Of a stretch of 64,000 nucleotides of DNA, positions 1-11,134 are shown piece by piece. Made by a program: the position numbers and the translations under genes. How positions within the stretch are numbered: the first letter of the stretch is position 1; every line of letters begins with the position of its first letter. The stretch is taken from the NCBI GenBank assembly GCA_043228905.1, contig JBHGNT010000016.1, positions 9,238,001 through 9,302,000 on the forward strand, given 5' to 3'. Origin of the DNA: Azolla caroliniana. Taxonomy: Eukaryota > Plantae > Polypodiophyta. The notes under the pieces are model-generated. The model did not search any database and was not told the origin of the DNA. It saw nothing but the letters and a program-made list of their open reading frames with translations.

Positions 1-2300
1 TGGTGACCTGGCCTGAGGTTCCTCTTCTTCGGCAGTATCCGGAATTGGTGTCGCGATGGATTCCTCGTTTGTTCGCGTGCTGCCGGCTTGCGTGATCTGG
101 TGAAACAGATCCTCTTGACTTTAACCAAACTCATCTAATAGTTGCGCGAGTTCTTCGGAATGTTGGTCCGCTAGCACACGGTAGTCCTGCGCTAGGTCCT
201 CACGTACTGCCGCAATGCTTTCCTCATTCAATTTATAGAAGCCTCGGTCTTCTTTTCTCCAGTTCTCCTAGTCTGCTCGATACGCGTGCAATTCTGCCGC
301 TTGGGCCACCCATGCCATCCATCCTTTGTCTAGCGTCGTTTTCAATTGCACTGTAAACCTCTCCCGATTCGTTTGTAGAAGGATACACACGTTGTCTATG
401 ACAGCCTGGCAACGGTTGCGGGCTTCTTCCACAGCCTTCTTGAGGTTTGCAATTTCTTGCTGACTAACTACCACCGCTTCTTCATATGTGCTCTTCATAC
501 CCGCCCACAGTTGGGCTTCCTTCGCATGTAGTTCTTCTAATTTCCCCATTTCATTGTTTAGGCGAATTTCGAGCTGATACCTTCTTTCTTGTTCGCCCAC
601 CAGCTGCTCGTCGAACCATGCTTTCTTTTTCTCCAATAAGCCCCGGAGTCCCGCGACTGCCGCCTTCGATTTTTTCGCTTCCTCCTGTAATTGGGCGTTT
701 TCTTCTTTTGTCCAGGTGTGCCGTGCTGTCTCTGCAGTGAGTTTCTCTTCAAGGGTTTTCACTGCCTTTCGGTCGTTGGCCCGGATGTCCTTTTCCCTGT
801 CTGAGGACTGGCAAAGTTCAGCGCGGAGGCGGTCAATTTCTGATTCGGCTAGTTGTACAACCCTTTTCGCTTTTGAGGCAATGGCGGTCTGAGCCTCAAT
901 CTCTTCCTTCAAGGCTTCGATGGCGTGGTTTAGAGGTGGAGCTACCTGTTGCGCCGTAGTCGCGTTATTTTCCAAATTCGTGATGCGTTCGTTGGCTTTT
1001 TGCAGCTCGGCTTGGGTCAGCTTAACCTTCTTCCAGATCTTCTTATTTTTTATTGCCATCTCCTTGGCACCCATGCTGACCTTTGCCAGTTCCCTATGAA
1101 CTTCGACTAGAGCCGCGTTTAATGGGGCAAGTTCCATCCCCATTAAGCGTATACCGGTGTTCCTCCATCTGCCGACTCTGGCTAACTGGTCTTCATCGTC
1201 GCTCTCCGTTGTTTCTGTTAAGGCGCACTCGATCATCTGGCGCTCCGCGTGCTCCTCGGCCATTCGTTGGGATACCTTTATCTGTTGCGTTGCCAAGAAT
1301 TCCATGAGCTCAAAATAGGTTCCGAACTGGAAAAGGGCGTTGAATTCATGGGTCGTGTCCGAGATATCCAGATATGCCAAAACCTCGCTTTCCACAGTCA
1401 AAACGGCTTTCCCTCATTGTGATTGGGCCGTAATGATCGGTCGTGGCTCCTGGATTATTTTGAAAGTGGTGGTGGGATCCGTAGCTACGGGGCCGTCACC
1501 TACAGTCGTAGTCTCCATCGCCGCGGGTACGTCTTTAACTAATCCACGCCCATCTTTCTTGTCCAATCTCCGCCGTTTCGGCCTGGAGCTTTCCTGCCGT
1601 GGTTTGGCATCTGGCTCTGGTGCCGCTTCCTCGGAGCACGCCGCCTGCTCTTCCAGCGTTGTCCGTGTGTCCGGTTGGGTGGGTTCGGGTTCATCCTCCC
1701 ACTCTATGGTGGCTAACTCCACTAACCTGCGCTTCGCAGATCGAGGCGGCGGCGTGGGCCTGCTGGGATGCGGTGCCGGCGAGCCTCGGGGTGGGAATAG
1801 TACCGTCAGGTACTGTTGTATGATAGGCCTGAGCTTCTTGCCTCCTTGATACGCATGCAGGCCTTCCCTTAACATCGGCCCCGTGATGACCCCCCAATCG
1901 ACCGTACACCCTTCCAAGGTATCAATAATGATACCTACCTTCTGCTTGGGCATCCCATATGCGTTTACGTGTATGCATCCGACTTCTAATAAGAACTTGG
2001 CAACTTCGCGGGAAAAGGGATCCGGGATCTCCTTCGTTCTCTATATGCCTTGGCGAAGGACAAATACAGCCCGAAATATCTCTACAGCAACTCTGCAGGC
2101 AGGATTTTGAAATGCCTTTCGCCTAGGGATGACAGGTCCAACTTTTTCCGGATGGATGAGTTGGTGATTGTGTCGATATTGAGCTTTCTGGCGATGTCCA
2201 ATGCATCCGGGTGTGGAGGTGCCTCTGTGACCCTGATGTACCCATCCAGGCGTTTCTCCATGAGCCATCGACGTAAGGCGGCAGAGATAAATATCGGCAT
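1..2300 (-). pseudogene. Accessory ORF of the gypsy element (about 730-770 codons): globular N-terminus, basic linker, long coiled coil
   Basis: ORFs 1414-1953 and 268-1401 are in one frame separated by a single TGA. Reading continues past TAG 268-270 (ENWRKEDRGFYKLNEESI...) to TAA 121-123. The upstream part from ATG 2300 joins through a stop at 2082 and a frameshift near 2040. Confidence 0.75.
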
Positions 2301-2648
2301 AGTCAATGTAGGCTCGTGAGGGAAAGATTGGTGGTTGCGGTGGGCTTGAGCTCTGTGATAGAATGGATGAGAAGGTGAGGGAGGGTAGCGATGAGAGCGT
2401 TGATAGTTAGGAGGTGAATTCTTGTTTTGTGCAAAAGACCTTCTACTTCCTTTTTTTTGTGACCTAGGGTTCATTGGGCAGTGAGCCATCGTGGTGCCAC
2501 GTGTTCTTGGTCTAGAAGTCTGTGCATGCATTCAATCCTTTTTTGATAGCGTCGTTATCTTCTCTTCTTCTTCTTCTTCTTCTTTTTTCTTTTCGTAACG
2601 ATTACATACAACCTATTTTTACACTATGATACAAGTGGGGCTGTCCAC

Positions 2649-4700
2649 TTACGCAGCGGGTTCTCTAGCTTTGTCTTGTCCGGTAGTGAATGGGTTAGGT
2701 GGCGTAGGGCCTAGGTAAGGTTTAAGGTGAAACCCATTCACCTTTTTTCGTAAGACTTTCCCGGCCAATGTGCCTAGTTGGAACGTGCCTTGTTCCGCTC
2801 CTATTATCCAGTACAAGCCTATCCAACGGAATCGTAACTTCCCTAGCATATGGTACCAATTCGGTTCTGTGAGCTGGATTGGTGCACTTCCTATTGTTAT
2901 GTCCGAGGCATCTACGAACACGTGGAATGGCTTCGCCCAAACTAGTGGTTGTACGACGGGTGCCTGCTTCAGCATTATCTTTAGCGCATCATAGGCCCTT
3001 GTCTTCCATTGCAGTCCATTGGAAGGGAGTCCAATGCACAACGACATGTAACGGCCTGGCGAAGTCCGCCAAGTATCGTATCATCCAACTATGCCATCAT
3101 ATTTGTCCTAAACACCGGTTGAGTGATTTCGCGTTTGTCGGAGTTTTGGCTTGAGTAATCGCGGAGATCTTGTTTGGATCGACCGCTATTCCATCCTTGC
3201 TGACTATATGGTCTAGGAGAGTCCTGTTCGTCACACTGAAGGCACATTTCGCGGGATTCAGGCTTAAGCTTACGGTGCGGCAACGTTCCAGGCACAATTG
3301 CAGATGCGTAAAATGGTCGGGTTTTTTCCCATATACCGCAAAATCGTCTAAAAAAACTTGCATGAATGCCAGAATATATTCCCCAAAGATCTCCGTGGTT
3401 GTCCGTTGAAATGTCGTCGGCGCCGTTTTTAGCTCGAACATCATAACGACTGCCACATAGACCCCCCAATCCGTGACAAATGTCGTCTTCTCTTGGTCAT
3501 TGGGATGCATGCGTACATGGTTATATCCACTAAAGCCATCTAAAAAATTGTACATGTCATGTCCTGTGACGTCGTCCAGTACGCTATCGGTGAATGGTAA
3601 AGGGAATGCGTCTGTAATGCTTACGGTGTTTAATTTTCGGTAATCCACGCATACTCGTATTTTGCCGTTTTTCTTTGGAACGACTACTATCAGACTTAAC
3701 CAGGTGGCTTGTTTAACTAGCCGTATGAATCCCGCCTTTAGGATTTTGTCAATTTCCTTTTTTACGCGGGTCGCGTAGTTCGAGTTCATGCGGTAGCGGC
3801 GCTGCTGGACCGGTTTTGTGTTGGTTGCTAAATTGATCTTATGTTGATAGAACTTCGGATCTAACCCCTTAATGTCCTCATGAGCCTAGGCGAACACATC
3901 TTTATATTTCTTGAGTAGTTCGATCATCGCCTCTCCCTGGTCCGGCCTTAATTCTTTTGCGATGGAGAGAAAACGGGGTTCTGACGTCGTACCCACGTTT
4001 ACTTCTTCCAGGGCGGAGGCGCTGACTCGTCGTGAAATTTCCATTTCCCTCTCGAATGTTGCCCATGCTCTGCTTAGTTCCAATATTGACTCCGGCTTTG
4101 GTTCATAAGCCTCGTCGTGGAGAGTAGTGGTCGTGGCATATTCTGTCGCGGTTGCGATGACGTCGATTTCGAACAACGGAATAATCTGAGGGTGCTCGTC
4201 TAGGTATGCCTCTAATTCTGCATCATCCACCCCGGCCAGCATATTTATATCTTCCGCGTATAATGGTGTTATACCCTTGGATTGTGTCGCCCTTTCCTCC
4301 ATAGGTACGCAAACCTTGGTGCGTCCGTGTCAGAAACTGATACACCTGTGTTGCCAGCTCTGCTTGATATTCGTTGTACGAAGCCACGGTTTGCCCAACA
4401 GCACAGGGTATGCCCCTGGGGTATCCAGGGTGAGGACTACCGCCGAGATGTCGAATCGATGTCCTCCCATGATAATGTCGACCTTGTGTATCAACCCCAA
4501 TGGTCGTACTAAGCGGGTATTTGCCATACGGAGCCAGAACAGGCAAGCCTCCCATTCTTATATGCCTAACTGCTCGCATGTTTTCGCGCTAATTACATTA
4601 ACGCCCAAGCCGCCATCGATTACGCATCTTGGGATTTCCTGACCGTGTAATATCAATGTAATAGTCGGGTTGTGGTGATCCACTACAGATGGTCCGTCGC
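2649..4700 (-). pseudogene. pol: gypsy pol remnant (PR-RT-partial RNase H / integrase tail), internally deleted
   Basis: RT motifs in 3097-3789; RNase H FHVFVDAS joined directly to HMLGKLRFRW, so most of RNase H and integrase is missing. Confidence 0.85.
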
Positions 4701-6454
4701 TAATGTCTGTGAGATTCGTAGCGACGCTCACCCCGGGTATGCCCGTCACCCGTTCTTCCATTGTCTGGCGGAAGCGTGGGACCAGTTGCAGCTGCTTCTC
4801 CATGGTTAACGTTATCTCGCAGCCTACCAGTGCTTGCCAAATGGGGTCCAGGGCCGGTCCTTCGTCCTCCACTAGCTCCATTGTGTTCGCGGACTCCTTC
4901 CGCATGCGTTCCGTATTTGTCGCGTTTGCTTTTTCAACCCATGCCTGGGCTTGTCGTCGTATCTCATCTTGCGTGGCCCAATCAGCCGTTTTTGTTTGCT
5001 GGCGTGTCATGACTTGCTGCACTTCCCCTGTAATCGTATTGACGGTGGGCCCCTTGCCCTTGCGTATTGGGCATTGCGTGGCATAATGTCCGGGCTGCTG
5101 ACAAACAAAACAATGGATGCTCGATTCACCCTTCTCGGGTCCTGGTGGTGTGTGCCGATCCCCCGGTGTGATTTGCTCCTCATGGTCCGGCATCGTTTGT
5201 CGAAGCGTACGCGATGGTTGTTGTTGGTCCCGGCGTGGTTCTTGGTGCCTCTCATCGTCCGAGCTTTCGTTATATCGCTGGTGGTCCTGATATAGCCGTT
5301 GCTTTCCACAAGGTGTGTTGAAGCTGTCACGTTTGTTTGTCGGCCGGTAATTCTCATAGCGTCGGCCCCCTTTAACATATCGAGGGGGACCACGATAGTC
5401 CTCATCCTCTGGTTCGTCTTCCTTGGAATCGTTGTGATTCCGGCGATTCCGGTAGTGTCGGTCGTCACATGGGTTGCGATCCATATACCGTGGTCGGTCT
5501 TCTTGCCTCCTTTGTTCAGTACAGCGTGGGGGATGTTGTGTGTCCATGCTACGTACTGTGGGAGCGGCTCTGTGCAACATATTGTATTCGCACTGTTCGA
5601 ATGTGTGAGCCTTCGAGTGGCAGATTGTTCCGGTAGTGTCGGTCGTCACGTGGGTTGCGATCCATATACCGTGGTCGGTCTTCTTGCCTCCTTTGTTTAG
5701 TACGGCGTGGGGGATGTTGTGTGTCCATGCTGCGTACTGTGGGAGCGGCTCTGTTCAACATATTGTATTCGCATTGTTCGACTATGTGAGCCTTCGAGTG
5801 GCAGATTGGACAGTGGATTCACATTTTGCACTCCACTGCGGAATGCCCCGAGTTCAACCAAATCATGCACTGGATTGCTTGACGAAAATGTCGTTCCTCG
5901 TCCTGAGGTAACGCTTGTTGTAATGAGGACATAGAAAACCTTTCCTCTTCGTCGTCCAGCTCGAGTTGTAACGCTGGTTTGATGACCATATCCGCCGTCT
6001 CCCCTTTCACACTATTGTTGTTGAGCGTTGTCCGTATGGGTCGGCATAATGCCGCCAGAAATGTCTCCTGAGCCTCATCCTCCGCGAGGCCCCATTCTAG
6101 TTTCCGCCGTAAATTTTGAAAATGTAAGCTGAAGTCTGTGATCGTCTCGGTCGGCAGCTGCTTAATTGTGTAGAACTGTCTGAGGATTTCGCGTTGTGGA
6201 ACCCTCCGATGGAAGAACCGCAAAAAGGCAGACTGCAATTGGTCGAGGGTCGTGATTGTTGGTAGATCCATCTGTGAATGCCAAAACGTTGCTCGCCCAT
6301 CCAATGTTAACCCGAACTCCCTCATTTTGGACTAGTACGTTGCCGCCTCAAAAATGTTGTGCGCCATGTGGTTTGCATTCCAGACATTGAGGAACAGGCG
6401 AATGTGAGTTGTGGCGTCGGTTTCGCCGTTAAAGCGGGGATAGGCAAAGGCCAT
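4700..6454 (-). pseudogene. gag: gypsy gag remnant with CCHC knuckle and internal 181-bp tandem duplication (about 5447-5807)
   Basis: MAFAYPRFNGETDA..., retrotransposon gag-like 5819-6325, CX2CX4HX4C in 4558-5649. Confidence 0.8.
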
Positions 6455-6724
6455 GTTGGGGGCTACGGCGGGTAGGAAAAGACCACAGTGTTGTTGTGGT
6501 GAGCGTGCTCCTTGCGTATCGTCAAGGTATTTGGAGAGCGGAAAATCACCATTGTGATCACGACAGGTAGTGTTGAGGTCGCTAAGGCGAAGCTTTTGCC
6601 GTGCGCGTTCCTGTGTCTGGCGTGTGATGGACCTTGTGATTGGCCGGTCTGGTCGTGTATGTTCTCTGGGTCGTCTACGGCTAAACATCCATTCGTCGTT
6701 GTTCGTTTGTGAGAAGACACTGAT

Positions 6725-6738
6725 CACCAAGCGTGCCA
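6725..6738 (-). promoter_or_regulatory. Primer-binding site, tRNA-Arg type
   Basis: TGGCACGCTTGGTG 4 nt after the LTR end; matches the recalled 3' end of plant tRNA-Arg(UCU) with one mismatch. Confidence 0.75.
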
Positions 6739-6742
6739 AAAG

Positions 6743-7191
6743 TGTTACCGACTAGGATCACGATCTACGGTCAGTCCTTCGACCTAGACCTCCAAGTGAC
6801 TGTGTGACAATGAATGGTAGCGTCTGTGCGTAATACTTAGTGGGATATTCCCCGTAACCTAACAACGTATAAGGGAGACGACTACAACCGAGCTCCTTTG
6901 ATAGTGGGCTAACACACACACCGTTACTTACTCCTTTGCTCTCAGGTGTTACAGACACACAATAGATTAGTCGTAGCTACATAGAGATATTAGAGAAGAT
7001 TGAACTCTATTACGAGACGCCTCTTACATTCAAAATTACACGCTCCCTCTATCAGAGGTTTTCTGCCCTTTATATACGCAGGGTCTTTTCGCCGTTCATG
7101 CTTCCCACGTGAACCGTTACATGCGTTACAATAATATACTATTATGTATTCCTGCGCTCTTGTCCGTCAGTTACTATTCCGGCGGACAACA
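6743..7191 (-). repeat. 5' LTR of the Tat-like element
   Basis: Minus strand TGTTGTCC...GGTAACA, TATA GTATATAAAGGGCA; shares motifs with the LTR at 57813-58262. Confidence 0.8.
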
Positions 7192-7528
7192 ACTTCCAGA
7201 AGGACTGTCAACCCCTCAAGAAGGACAAAGGCGTCGGTAATAATGTTGAACCCAAGTAGATTCCTGACGACATGGACCGATTGTGAAGGCTCTAGTGAAA
7301 GCTTGCCATGGGAAAATAGGAGAATGGCCGCATCTACTACCATTTGCACTATGGGCGAACAGGACTACTCATAGCACGGTGACGGCATACATGCCAACAT
7401 AGCTCATATTTAGACAGAAGCCAATAATGCAACTGGAACAAAGTATTGTTTCATGGCTGGCATTGCCATGGCAAGATGAGATAAGTAGAGAAGATTGCCA
7501 TGGGGGGGGGGGGGGGGGGGGTGGGGGG

Positions 7529-8321
7529 GTCAATTTGGAGATCATCATCATCAATAATATAATATTCTTCTTGACATTTATTTTCTTCTAATTTATCGTC
7601 TTCTCGAGTATAAAAATCTTTGTTCTTTTCAAATGTGACATTGGTTTCCTCGACTTGTACATACACATCGTCATCTTTTGAACAACTTTGCAAATGTCCT
7701 CCCCGGTCCAAGACCCCGGTGGTCCCGATCAAGCAAAGCATGACTACACGCGAATCTTTGCGACACTGTTGCTTCTCTCCGGGGCTCCGGAACTGCTTCT
7801 ATCCATCGAGATGCTTCCCCTACTGTCCATCTAGGGGTAGGTTTGGCCAGGAGTTGTTGCCGCTTGGATGACTGGTTTGGCGTAGTCTCTTGTCGTGCCC
7901 GTTTCTTTGGTTTGATGATGCATGTCAATTTGGAGATCATCATCATCAATAATATAATATTCTTCTTGACATTTATTTTCTTCTAATTTATCGTCTTCTC
8001 GAGTATAAAAATCTTTGTTCTTTTCAAATGTGACATTGGTTTCCTCGACTTGTACATACACATCGTCATCTTTTGAACAACTTTGCAAATGTCCTCCCCG
8101 GTCCAAGACCCCGGTGGTCCCGATCAAGCAAAGCATGACTACACGCGAATCTTTGCAACACTGTTGCTTCTCTCCGGGGCTCCGGAACTGCTTCTATCCA
8201 TCGAGATGCTTCCCCTACTGTCCATCTAGGGGTAGGTTTGGCCAGGAGTTGTTGCCGCTTGGATGACTGGTTTGGCGTAGTCTCCTGTCGTGCCCGTTTC
8301 TTTGGTTTGATGATGCATGTC
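7529..8321. repeat. 395-bp near-perfect tandem duplication next to a poly-G run
   Basis: ORFs at 7620 and 8015 are near-identical and offset by 395; GTC microhomology at the junctions. Confidence 0.9.
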
Positions 8322-11134
8322 GGTGGAAGTAGCACAGTAAGCCATTGTGCTAATCCGACCCAAGCTTTCTTGTCATCCATCACGGCCACAATTGTCGTCC
8401 ATAGTGAGTTGGCTATTATTACGTAGGCCTCTAACGGCCTACCGGTTTCAATCCGAGTCTCCGATTCGGCTCCTAGTTCCGGATATCATCCGATCACCGA
8501 TACGGATCTAGTTGAGCTTGCTCGCCCAACACTCCCCCTCAAGCTCAATTTGAGGTCGGATTGTGGTGTATGTGTCTGCAGTAGTCGGTCCTTTCCTCTG
8601 GCTCCTTCTGACGTCCTCCCGCCTTGCTCGTGCTCCTTGTCCGGTCTGGTTCCGCTTCCCGTGACCCATCCAGTACTACGCACGTCGACCTCCTTGGTTG
8701 GCTTGTCTGCTCAACATGCCCATTTCAACTCATTCGTTGTTATGACTCTGGCACTTGTTGATCCATCGATTCCTCCGTGTCAGTGTCGACTTTTGTTGCC
8801 TTTCCTTCTGGTTGGCCATTAGTTGATCCGTCTTCTCCGAATCTTGTACTGAATCAGCTTCCTCCATTCGTTCCAGATCTTGTCCGAGTTGGTAGTCTCC
8901 AACTCGTCTTCCGGTTTTAGGCCCTTCACCACATCGGACCACATCCGGGTCTTGGCCTTCTTCCGATCGGCTCTGTCCTTTCTTGACTTTGTCGCTGTTG
9001 CCGCTTGCTCCGACTTGTTCGGATGTGCCAACTCCTTCGGTCGACTCGGCTTCCTTTTTTTTCTCATCTCCCCCCCTTGGTTCTTTCTTCCTCTCCAGCT
9101 CCTTGTCTAGTGCCATCCATTCCCGTTCCTATTCTCCCCTTTAAGTGTTGCACATCGAGATGTTGTAGGCCGAGCATCACCGAAAAGTGTTGCAACTTGT
9201 CCGACCTGAGCGGCTTGGTGAAGATGTCAGCAACCTGCCAATCCGTGTGAACATACCAAAGTTCGACTTCACCGCTCACGACCCGCTCACGAACAAAGTG
9301 ATAATGCACTTCTATATGCTTTGTCCGAGCATGGAACACTGGGTTTTTGGCGAGCTGTATGCTGCTCATGTTGTCACAGTGGATCGGGATCGGGGTCGGG
9401 ACGTCGAACCGAAGGTCACGCAACAGTCGCCGAAGCCAGATGGCTTCACAAGTGGCAATGGTAGCGCCCTGGTATTCAGCCTCAATGCTCAATAGAGCCA
9501 TTGTTGGCTACTTTTTGCTGCTCCATGCAACAGTCGCGCTACCAAGAGAAAACATGTAATCGGAGGTGGATTGGCGATCCGATGCATCACCAGCCCAGTT
9601 CGCATCTGTGTATCCGACTAGCTCTTCAGTTATACCATACCAGTATAACAGTCCCTGGTCCTTCGTGCGGCTCACATACCTCAATATTCGATGCGCGCAC
9701 TAAAGGTGCTCCACGGTTGGCTTCTACATGAACAGGCTGATCACTCCGACTGGATAACTGATGTCGAGACGGGTGATTTTCAAGTAGATAAGTCTTCCGA
9801 CAATTTGCCGGAACCGTTTCTCATCGCAGGCCAGTTTGGAGTCGGGACGTAGCTTCAGGTTCCAATCCAAGGGTGTGGAGATCGGTCAGCATTCAGTCAT
9901 GCTGAACTTGTATAACATATTCAATACATAATGGCGTTCTGAATATGCCATCGGGGGTTCGGATCACCTCGATCCCAAGAAAATAATGAAGGTCCCCCAG
10001 GTCCTTCATTTCAAATGCGTCCAACAGTTGGGACTTCACTCGGTCAATTCCAACGAGTCCAAATCCAGTGATGACTAAATCATCTACATAAAGAAAAATG
10101 CAAACCAAAACATCTAGACCGTTCCGGATGAACAATGAAGAGTCGGACTTTGAGGCCACAAAACCCATCTTATGCAACCAATGCATGATCTTCGCATTCC
10201 AAGCTCGAGGGGCTTGCTTCAGACCGTAAAGCGAATTTTCTGAGTCGGCACACTACCGACTTGTTCATCTCCTATTGGAAACCAGGGGGTTGGATCATGT
10301 AGACCCGTTCTTCAAGGTCACCTTCAAGAAATGCATTCTTCACGTCCATTTGGTGAAGATGCCATCCCCTTGCCGCAACAACCGCCAGTACCACACGAAC
10401 CATTGTCATCTTCGCTACCAGAACGAAGGTCTCGTCGTAGTCGATTCTATGGGTATGTGTGTATCCCTTCGCCACTAACCGGGCCTTGTACCGGATGACT
10501 GAACCGTCGACGTTGTACTTTACTTTGTACACCCATTTGCAACCGATCGGTTTGCACTGTCGGGGAGGGTCAACCAGGTCCCATGTATCGTTGGCATCTA
10601 GTGCCCACATTTCTTCCTCCATAGCAACACGCCAATTTGCGTCTTTCGCTGCTTCTGCGTAGCTCTCTAGCTCACACACTTCCGCCACCTTAGTCATGTA
10701 CACATAGTGATGCGCCATGTATTCATTGTACCTGTACCTCATGACGGTTTTCTTCTAATGGGTTGACCGACGTAACTTTTCGTTAGCCGGTTTGAGTTCC
10801 TTCTTGGCCAGTTCGGACTTCCTTTCTGAAGATCCGCCTTCTTCCTTTCTGGGGTCAGATTCATTCCAATCTGACCCTTCACTGCCAGTGTCGTATCCCG
10901 GCATCTTCTTCTTCCCTTTCTCTTTGTGTGTGAACCATCTCCTCGGTTCCTTGCATGGGGAGAGCACAACAAAGTCTCCACTACTCGTTGGTTCTTCATC
11001 TGACTAGTCATCCTGACTCAGCCGCTCATTCAGTCCACTTAGCCATAATGAGATCGGACTCTCTTCTAGAGTGCCGAAGTCTTCATCTTCTTCCTGGACC
11101 TCCTCGGGCTCACTAGCCTCATCTTCCGGAATCA

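Larger units (their letters stand above)
1..7191 (-). mobile_element. Degenerate Ty3/gypsy non-chromovirus (Tat-like) LTR retrotransposon with extra 3' ORF; 3' end lies outside the window
   Basis: Order on the minus strand: 449-bp LTR (6743-7191, TG..CA), PBS TGGCACGCTTGGTG, gag with CFVCQQPGHYATQC knuckle, protease VIDGGLGVN, RT (CVDYRKLN, LDGFSGY, FLDD), RNase H start (VFVDAS) fused to an integrase C-terminus (GKLRFRW), then a long extra ORF. Confidence 0.9.

Noticed and set aside
268-1401. Host SMC/myosin-like gene or retroviral env
   Set aside because: Lies inside the retroelement in frame with upstream fragments; no introns, ATPase motif, signal peptide or TM anchor
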